From contig BDGG01000002.1 of the NCBI GenBank assembly GCA_001949185.1, positions 2,229,826-2,293,825 on the forward strand: DNA of 64,000 nucleotides, written 5' to 3'. The DNA is from Ramazzottius varieornatus (Eukaryota; Animalia; Tardigrada). Positions 1 to 11,700 of the stretch are shown here, piece by piece. The notes below the pieces were generated by a model. It was not told where the DNA came from. It ran no database searches and saw only the letters and a list, made by a program, of their open reading frames with translations. The number at the start of each line of letters is the position of its first letter. Within the stretch, counting starts at the first letter, position 1. A program made the position numbers and the translations under genes.

Positions 1-397
1 CGGGCTAATGTGGGCCGACGACCCTTTCGTAATAGGAAACCCTTTGTGAATAAGCAGGAACTGAATTTTGGATCTCTGATTTCAGCCATACTGCTACAAG
101 GTCGACAGTGAGTAGAAGGTTGAAAAATGAGCCTCGAAAAGGTTTACGGAAAAAACCGTGTCTATACACGCTGTGTCAAATAACAGGAAATCCTACTGTA
201 TATTTGAACATCCGTTGACGTCGAATTACAGTGAAACATGCTTGTTCTCGCCGTATGAACACTGTCGTCCAGGTTTCACCCCTAATTAATTCCGCTGCTC
301 GCTGAAGCCCACATCGGATATAAAAAGCACGGAAGCCAATCCGACGAATTTCCCATCTGTATTGCTTTCCTGCGAGGTCTTTCATTCTTGACCAACG

Positions 398-1522
398 ATG
401 TTTCAAAACGGTACATTTAACATGACAACAAACAATTCCTCCGTCTCTAGCTACCCAGTCTGCGACCAATGGAGCGGTTCGCCAGTCGAATGGGGCTTGG
501 TCGTTTGGGGCAGCTTGACCATTTCTGTCCTGTCCATCTTCTCCAATGGGCTGAACATTATCGTTTTCCACAACTGGAAGCAGAAAGAACCCTTCCTCAC
601 TTACCACATATCCCTCTCCATCGGCGAACTGCTTTTAGGCGTGTTCGGCCTGTTTGTTCCCGTTCAGTACCTTACCGTGACAACAATCAACATGCAAGCT
701 TTCGAGACCGCCAACGGTGCCATTATGATTCTGTCCGCCATTACCAACTTCCACTTCTGTCTGGTTAGTATTGATCGTTGGTTGTCCGTCGAGTATCCCA
801 TCTGGTACCGCAACCGCGTTACCCCACCGGTGGTCGTGGCTGCCTGCTTGGTTGTCTGGTTGAACTTTGTGGTACCGTTCAGTGTCGTGTTCGCAGTTTA
901 CCGCCATAGTTTCTACTTCCTCTGTAACTTCGGGACGCTGTTTACGCTACAAGAGACTTGGTGGGTGGTTTACCTCGGTATGTGGAACCCGACAGCCATT
1001 CTGCTCTTGGCTGCTGCTCAGTTAAGATTATGTTATATCGCCATCAAGGCCAGGCTACGCATATCTCTGCGGAGACAACAGTGCCAGGTATATGCTGATG
1101 AAACTAACCGTAATCTAACATTCGTTGCGGATCTTAGTTCTGAATTCCAGGTCGAGTCCAGTTTTCCGCAGTCAGGGAAGGCAGTTTCGGTTCAAGAAGA
1201 CGCTACAGTATCCGGGTTGAGAAATCGAGGCGGCAAAGCGCCGGAAAAGAGTCCAGTGCGGCGAGGACCGCGAACTTTGCTGAACTTAATGGTGAAAACA
1301 GTGTGGGCTGGCCTGCTGGTGGCCATAGTGGGCATAATCTGCATTGTTCCATCAACGGTTGCTTACATTACCGATCCTCTTAATGTGGTCCTTCAGGCCA
1401 GTTGTTTCCTGGTCTTTAGTGCTCGCAATATAACACCTTTCTTTATCTATTTGGCATTCTACCGCGAATATCGCATTAGTCTTCGCTCTCTGTGGAATTC
1501 GATATCTAGATGGGTTTTATAA
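398..1522 (+). CDS. Rhodopsin-like (class A) GPCR, intronless
   Basis: 374-aa ORF with seven hydrophobic segments. TM1 SNGLN; TM3 end LVSIDRWLSVEYPIWYR (DRY->DRW); long third intracellular loop; TM7/helix 8 NITPFFIYLAFYREYR; N-terminal N-glycosylation sequons. Confidence 0.92.
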   Translation: MFQNGTFNMTTNNSSVSSYPVCDQWSGSPVEWGLVVWGSLTISVLSIFSNGLNIIVFHNWKQKEPFLTYHISLSIGELLLGVFGLFVPVQYLTVTTINMQAFETANGAIMILSAITNFHFCLVSIDRWLSVEYPIWYRNRVTPPVVVAACLVVWLNFVVPFSVVFAVYRHSFYFLCNFGTLFTLQETWWVVYLGMWNPTAILLLAAAQLRLCYIAIKARLRISLRRQQCQVYADETNRNLTFVADLSSEFQVESSFPQSGKAVSVQEDATVSGLRNRGGKAPEKSPVRRGPRTLLNLMVKTVWAGLLVAIVGIICIVPSTVAYITDPLNVVLQASCFLVFSARNITPFFIYLAFYREYRISLRSLWNSISRWVL

Positions 1523-1953
1523 TTTCTGCTGCTTCCGTAACCGTCTTAGTCGACGGTAGAAGAAGAATAGAAAGACCTATTGAACTAAGGCAAAGGATGG
1601 GTACACTGCACTAGATGCTTTTCGTTTTCCTGTATATCTACAGTACATATTATATTAATCTATTAATATGAGCTTTACTAGGTGAAATCGAAGCAATCCG
1701 TTTCGGAGTGGGCGCTAAAAACGGCGTACTGATGTCCGTGCCAATATTCAGAGCAGACGCCAGTATCGTCAACGACAGATGAGCTCGTGCACTCTGTGGT
1801 GCTACCGCAATGAAAAACGCTGCAACTTTAACAAATGATATACAGTACCATACATCCCACAAGTGGTAAACATGAACAGTTTAGACATGACCAGCTAACA
1901 GTAAACCGAGTACGTGACGTACTGAAGGGATCCACTATCGTTTGTCTAAGCAG

Positions 1954-4900
1954 TCAAAGATTGCTTTCATACTCGCTAGCTGTGATATGGATGGAGGTGA
2001 GATCGCGGTTTCCTTCGGGTTCGGACACGGTGAAGAGTTCCATATCGGAGGATAGGTGGGGTGCTGCATCGCCCACCACGACGTCCGGAACATCGCCCAA
2101 CTTGAAGACGCCACTGTTCCAACGTCTGGCGCTCTTTGGCATTTCCCGAGTATTTGGGCCGCTGTCGTGCATCTCCCTAGAAGTACTTGGTGTCCGCGGA
2201 GTACTTAGCGGGGATACGCGTCTAGGTCGGCCAAATTTGGTTTCCTTTAAATAGCGCAAGTTGGGACTGTAAAAGATCGTTAGTTGCTCGTCCAGCTGAT
2301 TAGCAGCCTTCTTCCAAACACCTCCTCTCATGGTCATTAAGCTTTCGTGCCCTTGTTCCGCTGCTTTCGGTGGACCAACGGAAGGGAGACCTAAGGTTGA
2401 ACCTTCCACGCTCTCATCTGCAAAGACAGAAGTCTCCTATGTATGTACTTCGGCATACTGGTGTTTTGGTACCTTTGAGTATCTGGTTGCTCAAACTGGT
2501 CGTCGGCCCTTGGTTGTTTTCCACCACTGCTGGAGGAAGATTCAAGCTGGTCTTGCTGGAGTTTCGTCGCCGAATGGCTTTGGAAGTCGGGCGCAGCCAC
2601 CGTTTCGCTTCATCCTCTGAAGAACTGTCCGAAGATCCGTCGCCTGGCGGAGGCTCATTTGCGGGACTTCGGCTGCGACTTCGCAGTCGTCGACTACGAG
2701 CGGATAAGGGAAGTGCGGCAGGCGGCGTTGGTGTATGGACATGTGCTGGGTCGGACGGAGGGCGCTGGGGTGAAAATGGAACTCCCGGTGAGGTCTTCGT
2801 GATATAAATCGTTGGAAACGAAAGAGGATTCTTTGGCGGAAGTGCTGCTTCTGGTCGGACTGATCTAGCGCTGACACCGGCCGGAAGATCAACCATCTCA
2901 GTGTCTTCCGCTAGTTTTACTCCAGCAGAACCGACGCGAGGCTTCCGGCCGCGATTCAGAACGCGAAGGGCTATTCGAATCATGTCTGGCGTCCTCGAGC
3001 GGTCATGAATAATCTGAAAGACAAGCTTCATGAAGTTATTATTGATATTAAAACGAGACAAGCTGGTACTAAGGTGGTAAACATTGTAGAGTACCACGAC
3101 AGGTGGCACAACGTCGGCTGGTGTCTGTCGATCGCTCGTCGGCTGCCTGTCCTTGTTGAGCATATCGTAAGCTTTAGTCTTCAAAGCATCAAGTTGTTCT
3201 GGGTAATCCGCCAAAACCGCGGCTAGATCGGCCTTGGTTAAGATGTACAGGTTGGAGAAGCCTTTCGCTCGGACATCGGCGATACGCCGGTTCCCGCCAG
3301 CTTCCGCCATGAGACTGATTTCTCCGAAGACACTTCCGGCACCGAGCGTAACCGCTGCTCGACCGTCCGGCAGTATAACCTCCAGTATGCCAGACTTGAC
3401 AATGTACATCTCCTTCCCGATTTCTCCTTTTCTGCAGATGTAGTCGCCAGGTAGGAACACACAGGGACGTAAACGGAGAAGAAGTTCCTCGACGGCTTGT
3501 TTTTCCAAATTGCGGAAAAAGTGCACCTGGAAAATTATACAACTTAGAACACTTATACGCAAGCCGTACGTCGTCATTGCGGAAGGCGGAGGGAGGATGG
3601 ACAAATGATCTGAAGCAGATCGCTATCCCAAGTGGCGCACCGTTTCCGCCAGTTATAATGAGAGCCTGCGCCTGTTGAGATATCGATCTGGTTTGATTCG
3701 CTCAGCCCTGCCGCTGCGCAATAGCCAATGTAACAAACAGATGATGCCGCGTACGTGGTGCCCGTCATGTGACTTTTGGCTCGCAGTCGGGTCGGTTAAT
3801 TCAGTCGAATTGTCGTAACGGTTCAATGGGTGCAGCGTGCGCACATGGCTATCACATCGGTTTGAGCCGGGACGTCAGGTTAAACATTACCGTTACCTCA
3901 ACTGTTTGTCACATTAGGATTTTCCAGCGGCAAGGCTGGATTCGCTTGCCGGCGTCCCAAAGCTACCTATGTGTCGGTATGGATACTTTGTGGATGGTAC
4001 TGTAATGGACTTCCATGGCCAAGTCGGTCCGAAGGCGAGCCGGCAGACAGTCCAATATTTCCCGTTCGTCTGTTGTCTTTTGTTGTTCCCAGTTGAACAG
4101 AAGCCAACTTCTAACCTTCTCTTGCAGTTCTTTGGGAATCTTCAGCGTTTTCATGTGTTCGCTGATAGCGTCCATCAGTTCGAAGAACTCGTCCTCTTGT
4201 CGGGTCTTGGCTTTCAGGACATCACGAATTTGCCCGACCAGTGTTGCAAAAATGAAGACTCCCACGAACCACAGCAATGCACTGTACAGTATGGCAGGCA
4301 CAGTACCGGGGAAGTTCAAGTTGCCGATGATTGTGATCATGGACACCGAGAAGAACAAACAGAAGATGTATTCGTTGTATGTGCCTGGAAAGTTACACCT
4401 CGGTGCGGGTTTCGCTCCTTGGCATTTCGGGTTGACATTGTTGAGGACGAAATCGTCGTCCGCGTCGAAGTCGTGTAAGTACGAATAATAGAAATAACAA
4501 CACGCGTTGACGTGGATGATATACATCCTGTAGGAAAAGGTCCGCAAGATGCGAAAGTAGTACGGGTTGGTGGAAATCTGGTCGACCAAATTCAGGAACT
4601 CCCAGTAAGTTCTGACTTTTGAGCAATCGATTCCATCGGAGCAGCGGGTTCATCTGGACAGCCGGGATGAAATACAAGACATCAAAAGGAACCGAGCACA
4701 GCACATCCAAGCGAAAATCCCAACCGGAAACGTAACTTCTAATGATGTCCCGTCTATCGGAAACCTCAATGCCATGGGTGGGTGTTGTCACCGAAGCGCG
4801 CCAAACGAGTACGTCGATGACGTATAGAAGATCCGAGATGTAGTCGAAGGCTAGCCACATTGGCTGGTACGGTCCGTTATGGTCACAGAATGCAGCGCGA

Positions 4901-5725
4901 AATGGAATGGACCCTGCGTTGTAGACGAAAGCCGAAGTCAAGAGAGTTAGCCAGGATAAATAGAAGTACGAGTGATGGTCCATAATAGTTGGACGGGGAA
5001 TGTTGTGGATGAAGAACTCGGGGAGCGGTAGGTTAAACTGTCCGAGTGGGATAGTGACTGGAGAGTCGTTGACGAGAAAGGCCCCGCTGAGGACGCTGCT
5101 CCCAGAGACATTCCGTTTCCGAGTGGGAAATTCTTCCTCGCGACCCGCTGCTAGAATTTCCGGGGTCAGTGGACGGGCTACGGCTGACTTGTGGTGGCCC
5201 GAAGGGTGTCTTGGTTGGACGACCTGGGTCCTGGCTTGTAGCGAACGAGCGCGGAAAGCCTTGACCAGGTGGGACACTTGTTTTTGTACATCCCCTCCTT
5301 CATTGCTGCGCAAGCTACGTAAAACAACAGTAGAGAGTTCTTGAAAACTTTTTGTGATGAAGAGATTATTCCCCACTTGACATGGAAATTCCTGTACGTA
5401 TAAAGTACGCGGCGAAAATTGTAAGGACTTACTATTTCTCTGATAGACTGGCTTCCGAGTCCTGGCGTAGGCCAAGTTGAAGGTGAGTGGGCGAGGGCGT
5501 TCGAGCGGTGCTGGGCCGGGGTTCTGGTTCCACCAGCTCGGACACGTCGGAATTCCGAGCACTGGGCGGTGCGGTGATTTGCTTGAGAAATATTTCGGCG
5601 TCGGACTCATATTCCGAAGCCGAGTCTTGTATGCTTACACGCGGAACTGGCTGTGACTGACCACGTCCAACGCCTATATCGATGGCCGTCTGAATGCGAT
5701 CTGGTATCTTCAACGAGTCCGCCAT
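1954..5725 (-). CDS. Cyclic nucleotide-gated channel, beta-type subunit (CNGB/TAX-2-like), with one apparent frameshift
   Basis: Inferred introns: 5315-5432, 3527-3986, 3014-3094, 2418-2472. Motifs: QVSHLVKAFRAR (beta-type N-terminal helix), YLSWLTLLTSAFVYN, S4 PLLRWNRLLK, pore TIIGNL (beta-like, lacking the alpha-type Glu), C-linker LPARLRTDLAMEVHYSTIHKV, CNBD PGDYICRKGEIGKEMYIV...FGEISL...RRIADVR. One extra base at 4617-4620. Confidence 0.88.
3599..3706. repeat. Short palindromic element, family A (about 110 bp), in CNG intron
   Basis: cagatcgctatcccaagtggcgcac...ctgcgcctgttgagatatcgatctgg forms an imperfect hairpin; homologous to 42649-42765 and 43978-44126. Confidence 0.75.
3705..3936. 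repeat. Hairpin/MITE-like element, family B, copy 1 (CNG intron)
   Basis: About 40-bp inverted arms (gccctgccgctg...aatgtaacaaacagatga / tcaactgtttgtcacatt...cagcggcaaggc) around a core of about 125 nt shared with 5826-6078. Confidence 0.8.
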
Positions 5726-5797
5726 TTAGGGAGGAAGTTCTACAATTTTAGGGAGGAAGTTCCAATTTTAGGGCAATTTTAGGGAGGAAGTTCTACA
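5725..5797. repeat. Tandem repeat (unit of about 21 bp, tttagggaggaagttctacaa) abutting the CNG start codon
   Basis: Three near-complete copies and one partial copy read directly. Confidence 0.85.
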
Positions 5798-5825
5798 CAC
5801 ACTTCTCTCGAGTCTTCAGATAGAC

Positions 5826-6078
5826 GCGTGCCAGGCGTGCCGCGGCCCAACAGCCTTTGCGGAAAAAAATTGGCACCGCTATGTACTGCCCGTCATATGA
5901 CTGAGGGCTCGTCGTCGACTCGGTTAATTTACGCGAATTCGACTGCGCCTACGTAACGGCTCCACGGGTGCAGCGTACGTGCACGGCTAACAGATCGGTT
6001 CGAACCATGACGCCAGGCTTACCACTGTCATTCGCCAACTGTTCTCCGCAGAGGCTGTTGGGCCGCGCCGCCTGACGC
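5826..6078. repeat. Hairpin/MITE-like element, family B, copy 2 (upstream of CNG gene)
   Basis: Arms gccgcggcccaacagcctttgcggaaaaaaattggc / gccaactgttctccgcagaggctgttgggccgcg. Core tgcccgtcatatgact...cggttaatt...cgtaacggc...gggtgcagcgt...atcggtt...gacgccagg matches copy 1. Confidence 0.8.
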
Positions 6079-7359
6079 TTGCTGAGAGATACGCTGAGTT
6101 GTCCAGATCGCGAATCCAAAATCTCGCTGCCTTTGTTAACTTATGTCTTTGCACGAACGATCGAGCGTCGATCTGCTAACGGATGTGGCACCACTTGTTG
6201 AGGAACGGTTGTTCCGGTAAGAATCAAGTTTCGTTCCATTCAATTCCGTTTTATCTCTTCCCTATCGATACAGGAGTAATTCTCACTTCTTAAATACGTC
6301 ACAGAAAAGCCAAGTTAGTAGAGAGAGTGCGGTGAATGTCAGAGTTCACTCCCAGTGGTCACTCAAACGTACAAAAAAGCCAAAACGGCGCTCCACAGCA
6401 GGGCAAGCTGTCACGTGACGTTAAATAACGTGTATGGTTGATATATGCGAATCACTAGCTATCTTGTTCAACCCCGTAAAAACCGTTCGTGGAGTCAAGA
6501 AACTCAAAAGTGAGAATTATTAGTGTAGCGAGAGGCGCCACCATCGGATGAGCTCTCATTATGCGCTAAGTGCTACGGTTCGCCATTAATTCCCAATATG
6601 CAGGACGCCGAAATCTTCGATCTTCCACGCGCCTGCCTGACACTTTCACGCCAGATTCATTTTCCCCGCTCTCATAATGTAGCGCTTCGCCAGTTGAGAC
6701 TGGCGCGATCTTTAACACTTAAAAGACCACGCAATTCCGAGCTCTGGAAGTACAAGGGGGGGGGGGGGTGGAGATCACCTTCCCCAATTTCTAACTGGCT
6801 GAAATCATGGGGTGGGGTCAGATCGGGCCAGTCACCACATGTACGCTTCGCATTTCTCGAGTAAGATGCGCCACTAAGTGAACCAAAGTGCCAGACCTTT
6901 TTGATTTGCTCTGACCACTGGTCACACAGCATGGAACATACTGGGGCGTCTAAGACGGTACCAATGTACTAGCTCTGTATCCGATTTTTAAGCAGGCTTT
7001 CCGTCAGCCAGCTCTTGAGTAAAAATTTGGTCTGTCAACTCAAGACACAGTCTGGTCAAAAACGGAATAGTCTGTCGAAATTTTCAGAAAGCTGCTAGCC
7101 AGTTCACGTCTGTTTTAACTAGAAGCGACAAAGTTTCCGAAAGCAAACGTGAAAATGTGAGACGAAAAGGTTCAACAATAGCCATTCCGCAAGGCTTTTG
7201 GGGTGCGCCAGGCAACCGGGGTACCCCCTTGGTCTTTCAAGTGGTAATGTTGTACTGCGATGGTTTGCCACTGTGCTCTTGTTGAACAAATTAACTGGGT
7301 CAGAATTTATGCTTTAGGAAGTCTTATCGAACTATAAACGATCTCGGTTCGATCATTGA

Positions 7360-7822
7360 TCCAGCTTGCTTCAAACACGTTTCCAGCAGTTGCTGGAAAT
7401 ATTGTTACGAAACGCGAACTGCCTGAAAGATGCAGTTTCATGCACAGTGCCCAGGAATCCGTTCAGCCAATCAGATATCCAGCATCTTTATTGTACCCAC
7501 ATAAATTATACAAAGCCTGACATCGGTCGCTACGGTCTTCGTGTTGGAAGTCACCGGAACCTCGACCACGACGGTTAGCGCTCTTCCCTTTTGTCAGATC
7601 CCTGCAATCTTGCCGACCGCGCAACAGTGCTTTACTCGCCTGAATGTGCTAAGCCAGTGCATCAGGAACGGAACGCTGTGCTCGCTTGAGGCCCAATGTG
7701 ACAGTAAAAACGGCCGGAGCTTGTTCTTCCTACCTTTACCTTTCCTTTTCTTGATTCAGTTGTGGGTTTTTGTAGTTTCGAACGGACCTGATACGTGTCC
7801 TGCCTCCGAGAACCCGCCCTAG
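7360..7822 (+). pseudogene. Decayed tandem duplicate of the FOLN/WAP gene at 8900-9788
   Basis: After acceptor 7597: DPCNLA, then a frameshift, then SQCIRNGTLCSLEAQCD; next exon VSNGPDTCP...stop. Compare DPCMLAKC..DQCTRNGTLCKLKAQCS and VSNRPGSCP in the intact copy. Start coordinate approximate. Confidence 0.75.
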
Positions 7823-8141
7823 CCGAATCGCGGTTCCTGCTATGTCCGAAAACAGTTCTTCAAAAATCCAAAAGTTCTCCGATTTTTTTTCAGCTTGAAG
7901 TGAGCAGGATGCTCTGTTTCTGCTCAGACTATGCCATGAAGACAGCAGGAACGGAGCTCTAAACTCAAGGCAAAAACGTCTGCGAACCCAGCAGGAACCC
8001 CTCGGCGACTCGCTGTTTCGTTGGGACGGGAATTCTCGCGGGGAGAGCTGCCTTGCAGGATCAGCCTGCGCCATGGGTTTTCTGAGGAATCACTCCATGT
8101 GAAAAGTTTCACACTGTAGTTCTGCAACAGTTTTGTTATAC

Positions 8142-8191
8142 NNNNNNNNNNNNNNNNNNNNNNNNNNNNNNNNNNNNNNNNNNNNNNNNNN
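8142..8191. other. Assembly gap (50 N)
   Basis: Run of N. Confidence 1.
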
Positions 8192-8899
8192 AGCGAATAT
8201 TTACAGTATTAGTTTGATTAGCCACGGTGCGGTACCGTTATGCACGACAGGTGGTCTGTGCGACTGTATCCAGCTAGGTAGGCTCGCGGCATGGCATGAT
8301 AAATTGCAAAACATGCATCTTTGCACGTGGCGGTGGTAGAAAAAACGTTCTTGACTTCTGGTAGCTCGCTATAAAGCATGACGTAGTGTATGCTAGTAAG
8401 TTGACATGTGTGGTAATATCACGACAATGTACTTCCGTGTTGAGGTGCGGATGCATCTTGAGTCATCTGACATGACGGAAGTCGCTTCTTTAATCTATGT
8501 GCCACCTCTGGCATATCTTAACCGTAGATTTGGGAACATCTACGCTACATTCATCCTCATTAGAATTTACGTACGTATAGTGTATGAGCTCTGCATGCTT
8601 ATGGTTCTTCATCAGATTCTGTCTCAGAGACTCAGACTATCAGACCGTCGCACTCTGTATCGTATTCAGAGCTCTACATTGGTACTAGTAACAGTCAGCC
8701 TTACAACCTAGCTGCGAGTCTGATCATATCATATACTCACAGTATTACGTATTACACCAGGGTACGTTTCAAACGTGTGCGCTTACCTGGAGCGTTTTAT
8801 TGCTGAAGCAGTATTTTCTTATTGATGTACAGCAGTTCCTACAAAACTATTGTGCGATCGGCGATATTGATGGAGACAGTCCACACAAAAAACATCAGG

Positions 8900-9788
8900 A
8901 TGAAATTTCTACTCTCCGTTGTTTTGGCCACCGGGATATTGTATACTGTCTGCGGTAACGATCAAGTTCTATCAATATTTATGAATTAATGTTCCGACCT
9001 TCAAGGTCACAAGTTGAATACTATGCCTTGTTTCAGATTGCTGCTTTCCCTTTCCATTCTCGGATCCGTGTCAGGTACGTGGTTGCTGCTACTGGGTCGC
9101 GACGTAATAGATTTGCTCAAAGCACCGAGTTCTAGAACGTCACTTGTCCGTATGGTCAAACATGTAACTCGACATCAAGTTACTACTGTGGCGCCATCTT
9201 CTGCCAGCCGGTTGCGATTTGCTCAAGTTCAGCGTTTCCAGCAGGTAATTCTACAGTGAAAAAAGTGCTTCCCAGCCCGCCGTCACGTGGTATTGCTTAC
9301 GAATGGTACATACATAAGTCACGTGCTCGCGGGCAGGGAAGCAATTTCTTCATTGTATTCGGTTCGTGGCATTTCCTTTGCGCGCGCTGGGCCAGACATA
9401 CCTGAAAGAGGTTAACTTCACAGATCCCTGCATGCTCGCCAAGTGCTCTTCGGGTTTCACCTGTGTAGCCGTGGTAGACCAGTGTACGCGTAACGGAACA
9501 CTTTGCAAATTGAAAGCCCAATGCTCCGGTAAGCGCGTCATGTCGTGATTTGCAAACTTTACCAGCGGAAGCTATGATATGATTTGCTGGCTCTTCATTT
9601 CAGTTTCAAACCGACCAGGAAGCTGTCCGGATAGCGCTACAGCCGTTCCGAATAGTTGCATGTTCGGCATGGGGTGCGATATTGGCTTCGATGCCCGTTG
9701 TCCGACAAACACTAAATGCTGCCTCAGCCAGACGTTCCAAAACACAACCTTCTGTCTACCACAAACCGTACAACATCACGGGCAGTAG
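8900..9788 (+). CDS. Small secreted cysteine-rich protein: two FOLN-like modules plus a C-terminal WAP (four-disulphide core)-like domain
   Basis: Signal peptide MKFLLSVVLATGILYTVC; spliced DPCQ|NVTCPYGQTC and DPCMLAKCSSGFTC; last exon RPGSCP...C...C...DARCPTNTKCC...C. Five exons with GT-AG ends. Confidence 0.8.
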
Positions 9789-11317
9789 AAACTTACCTGT
9801 CGTTTTCAACACTTCAGTGACGCTGCTACATAGGTATCTACTCCAATACACAGAATTCCATCGGGCAGCCACTGTACAGTGTACATGACTTAGATCATGC
9901 ACTTAGTCGGACTTAGTCGAGAATTCTGGGTGTGCTGTGCGCTATGTTCGATTTGGTCTTGTTCCTATACTAACCACCACGATGTCATTTGTCGCTGGTT
10001 TTTTCTAATTGGCACTTCCGAGGTATTTCTCAAATTGTTCAGGATACGAGTTTTTCTGGAGGGGTGTTAGTCGAACTCTCCAAACCGCTTATACAGTTAT
10101 CTGGAGCATGCCTGAAGTATCGCTGGAGACATGCGAGAAACGAATGGATGGGGAAATTTTGGTGGAAATGTCCATGTAAAGAAGAAAACTGAAAGAGAGT
10201 TTTTTGCACCAATTTTCTATGCATGGTTCGCAGTGCGGGCCGAAACAGCTGTTTCCGGGACGCAGCTACCTGTCCTTTATGGCTCACCAAAAACGTTGTT
10301 CACATACTATTCTACACGAAGGTGCGCGCCAAGCCAGTTTTTCTTCCATACATGGAGCGGTGATGAGCTCCTTTTCGGACAATGGTCAAAGGTTCATTAC
10401 TGTATCATTTGGTGTCAACTTTAAATTTGGATGTGTCTTGAGCTCTTAATGCCCATGTTCTTAGAGGGGCGAAAACTCACCCTGTCCGGGAAGTGCCGAA
10501 TAGAAAAAACCAGCGTCATTCAGAAAAACATTCGGAGTTTCCGAGGGGTTTTGAATCTAAAAAAACACTGACGCTATGCTGTTTCCATCATCGATGAGTG
10601 TACGGACACACTGATTTGCAATCTCATGAGATTAATACACGGCATGCCGTACACCTCTAAATGAAAAATAATCGCTCATTTGTTTGTAAGTCGAGCAGGG
10701 GTTTCCAGTAGTTCCCGGAATAGGCAGGACACCGTAGATGATTGATTTATAGCACGATTTACCACACAAGCAGGCAAAAGGACACAATCGAACAACCGAC
10801 TTTGTACGAGGTGAAGTGCAAAACTTTACTAGCGGCTAAAACATTACTAAGCACCTTTAGAGAACGATTTCTCAACGCGTATTGGATAGATTTGCTCGCT
10901 CCTTTTTTTAAAAAATTCAGCAGGCTCTTGTCTTGGCTTTTGGTGAGGCGAACTGAAAAACGAGTAGGGATACAGACACAGGAATTTAAACTGTCCAGAC
11001 TCTTCCTCGATATTAGGGAAAACACTCCCTGAAGAGCGGCGCCACACGTTTCCGGTCGGTCAGCTGACTTCACCATCTACGTGCTGAGTAAGGCAGCAGC
11101 CTGCCCCGTTGCTTGAAAAGTTAGTAATGTTTCCGCAGCACCAGATTATCCCAAGGACAAGTCCTTGATTAATTGATATTAAATGTTTCCCACTTGAAAG
11201 TTTTGTGAATTTCATTTTGTAAATCATTCAGCATTGCTGAAATTTGCTGCCCTCGCTAGTCTTTTCTGTTCTTCTTTGACTGCAATAATATTATCGCTGT
11301 AATACTGCTGTGCGAAC

Positions 11318-11700
11318 ATGGAGAAGCCTGTGAGGAAGTACAACGGAAATCATACTGGTCTGCTGGATGCGTTGGCAGCAATCGAGAGCGGAGCGATGAC
11401 TACGAACCGAGCCTCAAAACACTTCGGTATCCCTAAGAAGACGCTGAGCAATAAGATCAACGGAGTTCATACGAAGAAGGTTGGCAGACCTCGAACCTCG
11501 CGCAGCGAACAAGTGACCATCCAGTTGGCGTATTTTCAAGCAGATTTCCTCCATCACGAAGGTATAGTTAGTGCTGGTGAAAAATCCATCGACTTGGAGT
11601 AAAGATGCGTTGTACTGAAGTGCCGTGCTCACTACAAAAGCATGGCAGGATTCCCATTGACGTCACAGACCGTGGTCCAGCTGAAATGCTGCAGGACGTC
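11318..11700 (+). mobile_element. Remnant of a pogo/CENP-B-type transposase N-terminus (pipsqueak HTH)
   Basis: LLDALAAIESGAMTTNRASKHFGIPKKTLSNKINGVHTKKVGRP fits HTH_psq plus GRP. After a stop, GFPLT fits the second (CENP-B-type) HTH. No DDE domain or TIRs recognised. Confidence 0.65.

Noticed and set aside
3599-3936. Possible 7SK RNA, SRP RNA or hammerhead ribozyme
   Set aside because: GATC stems recall 7SK, but the unit recurs as dispersed palindromes. I saw no CUGANGA/GAAA hammerhead core, SRP helix-8 motif or Pol III terminator.
5315-5610. Apparent second frameshift between ORFs 5432-5725 and 4393-5610 of the CNG gene
   Set aside because: A phase-2 intron 5315-5432 (gtaagt...ttttacgtag) joins SLSEKY-LRSNEGG in frame.
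5725-5797. Telomeric TTAGGG seeds
   Set aside because: ttaggg occurs only as part of a 21-bp unit, not as a hexamer array.
6756-6830. G13 run and nearby G-tracts as a G-quadruplex element
   Set aside because: Single homopolymer with no supporting context; length unreliable.
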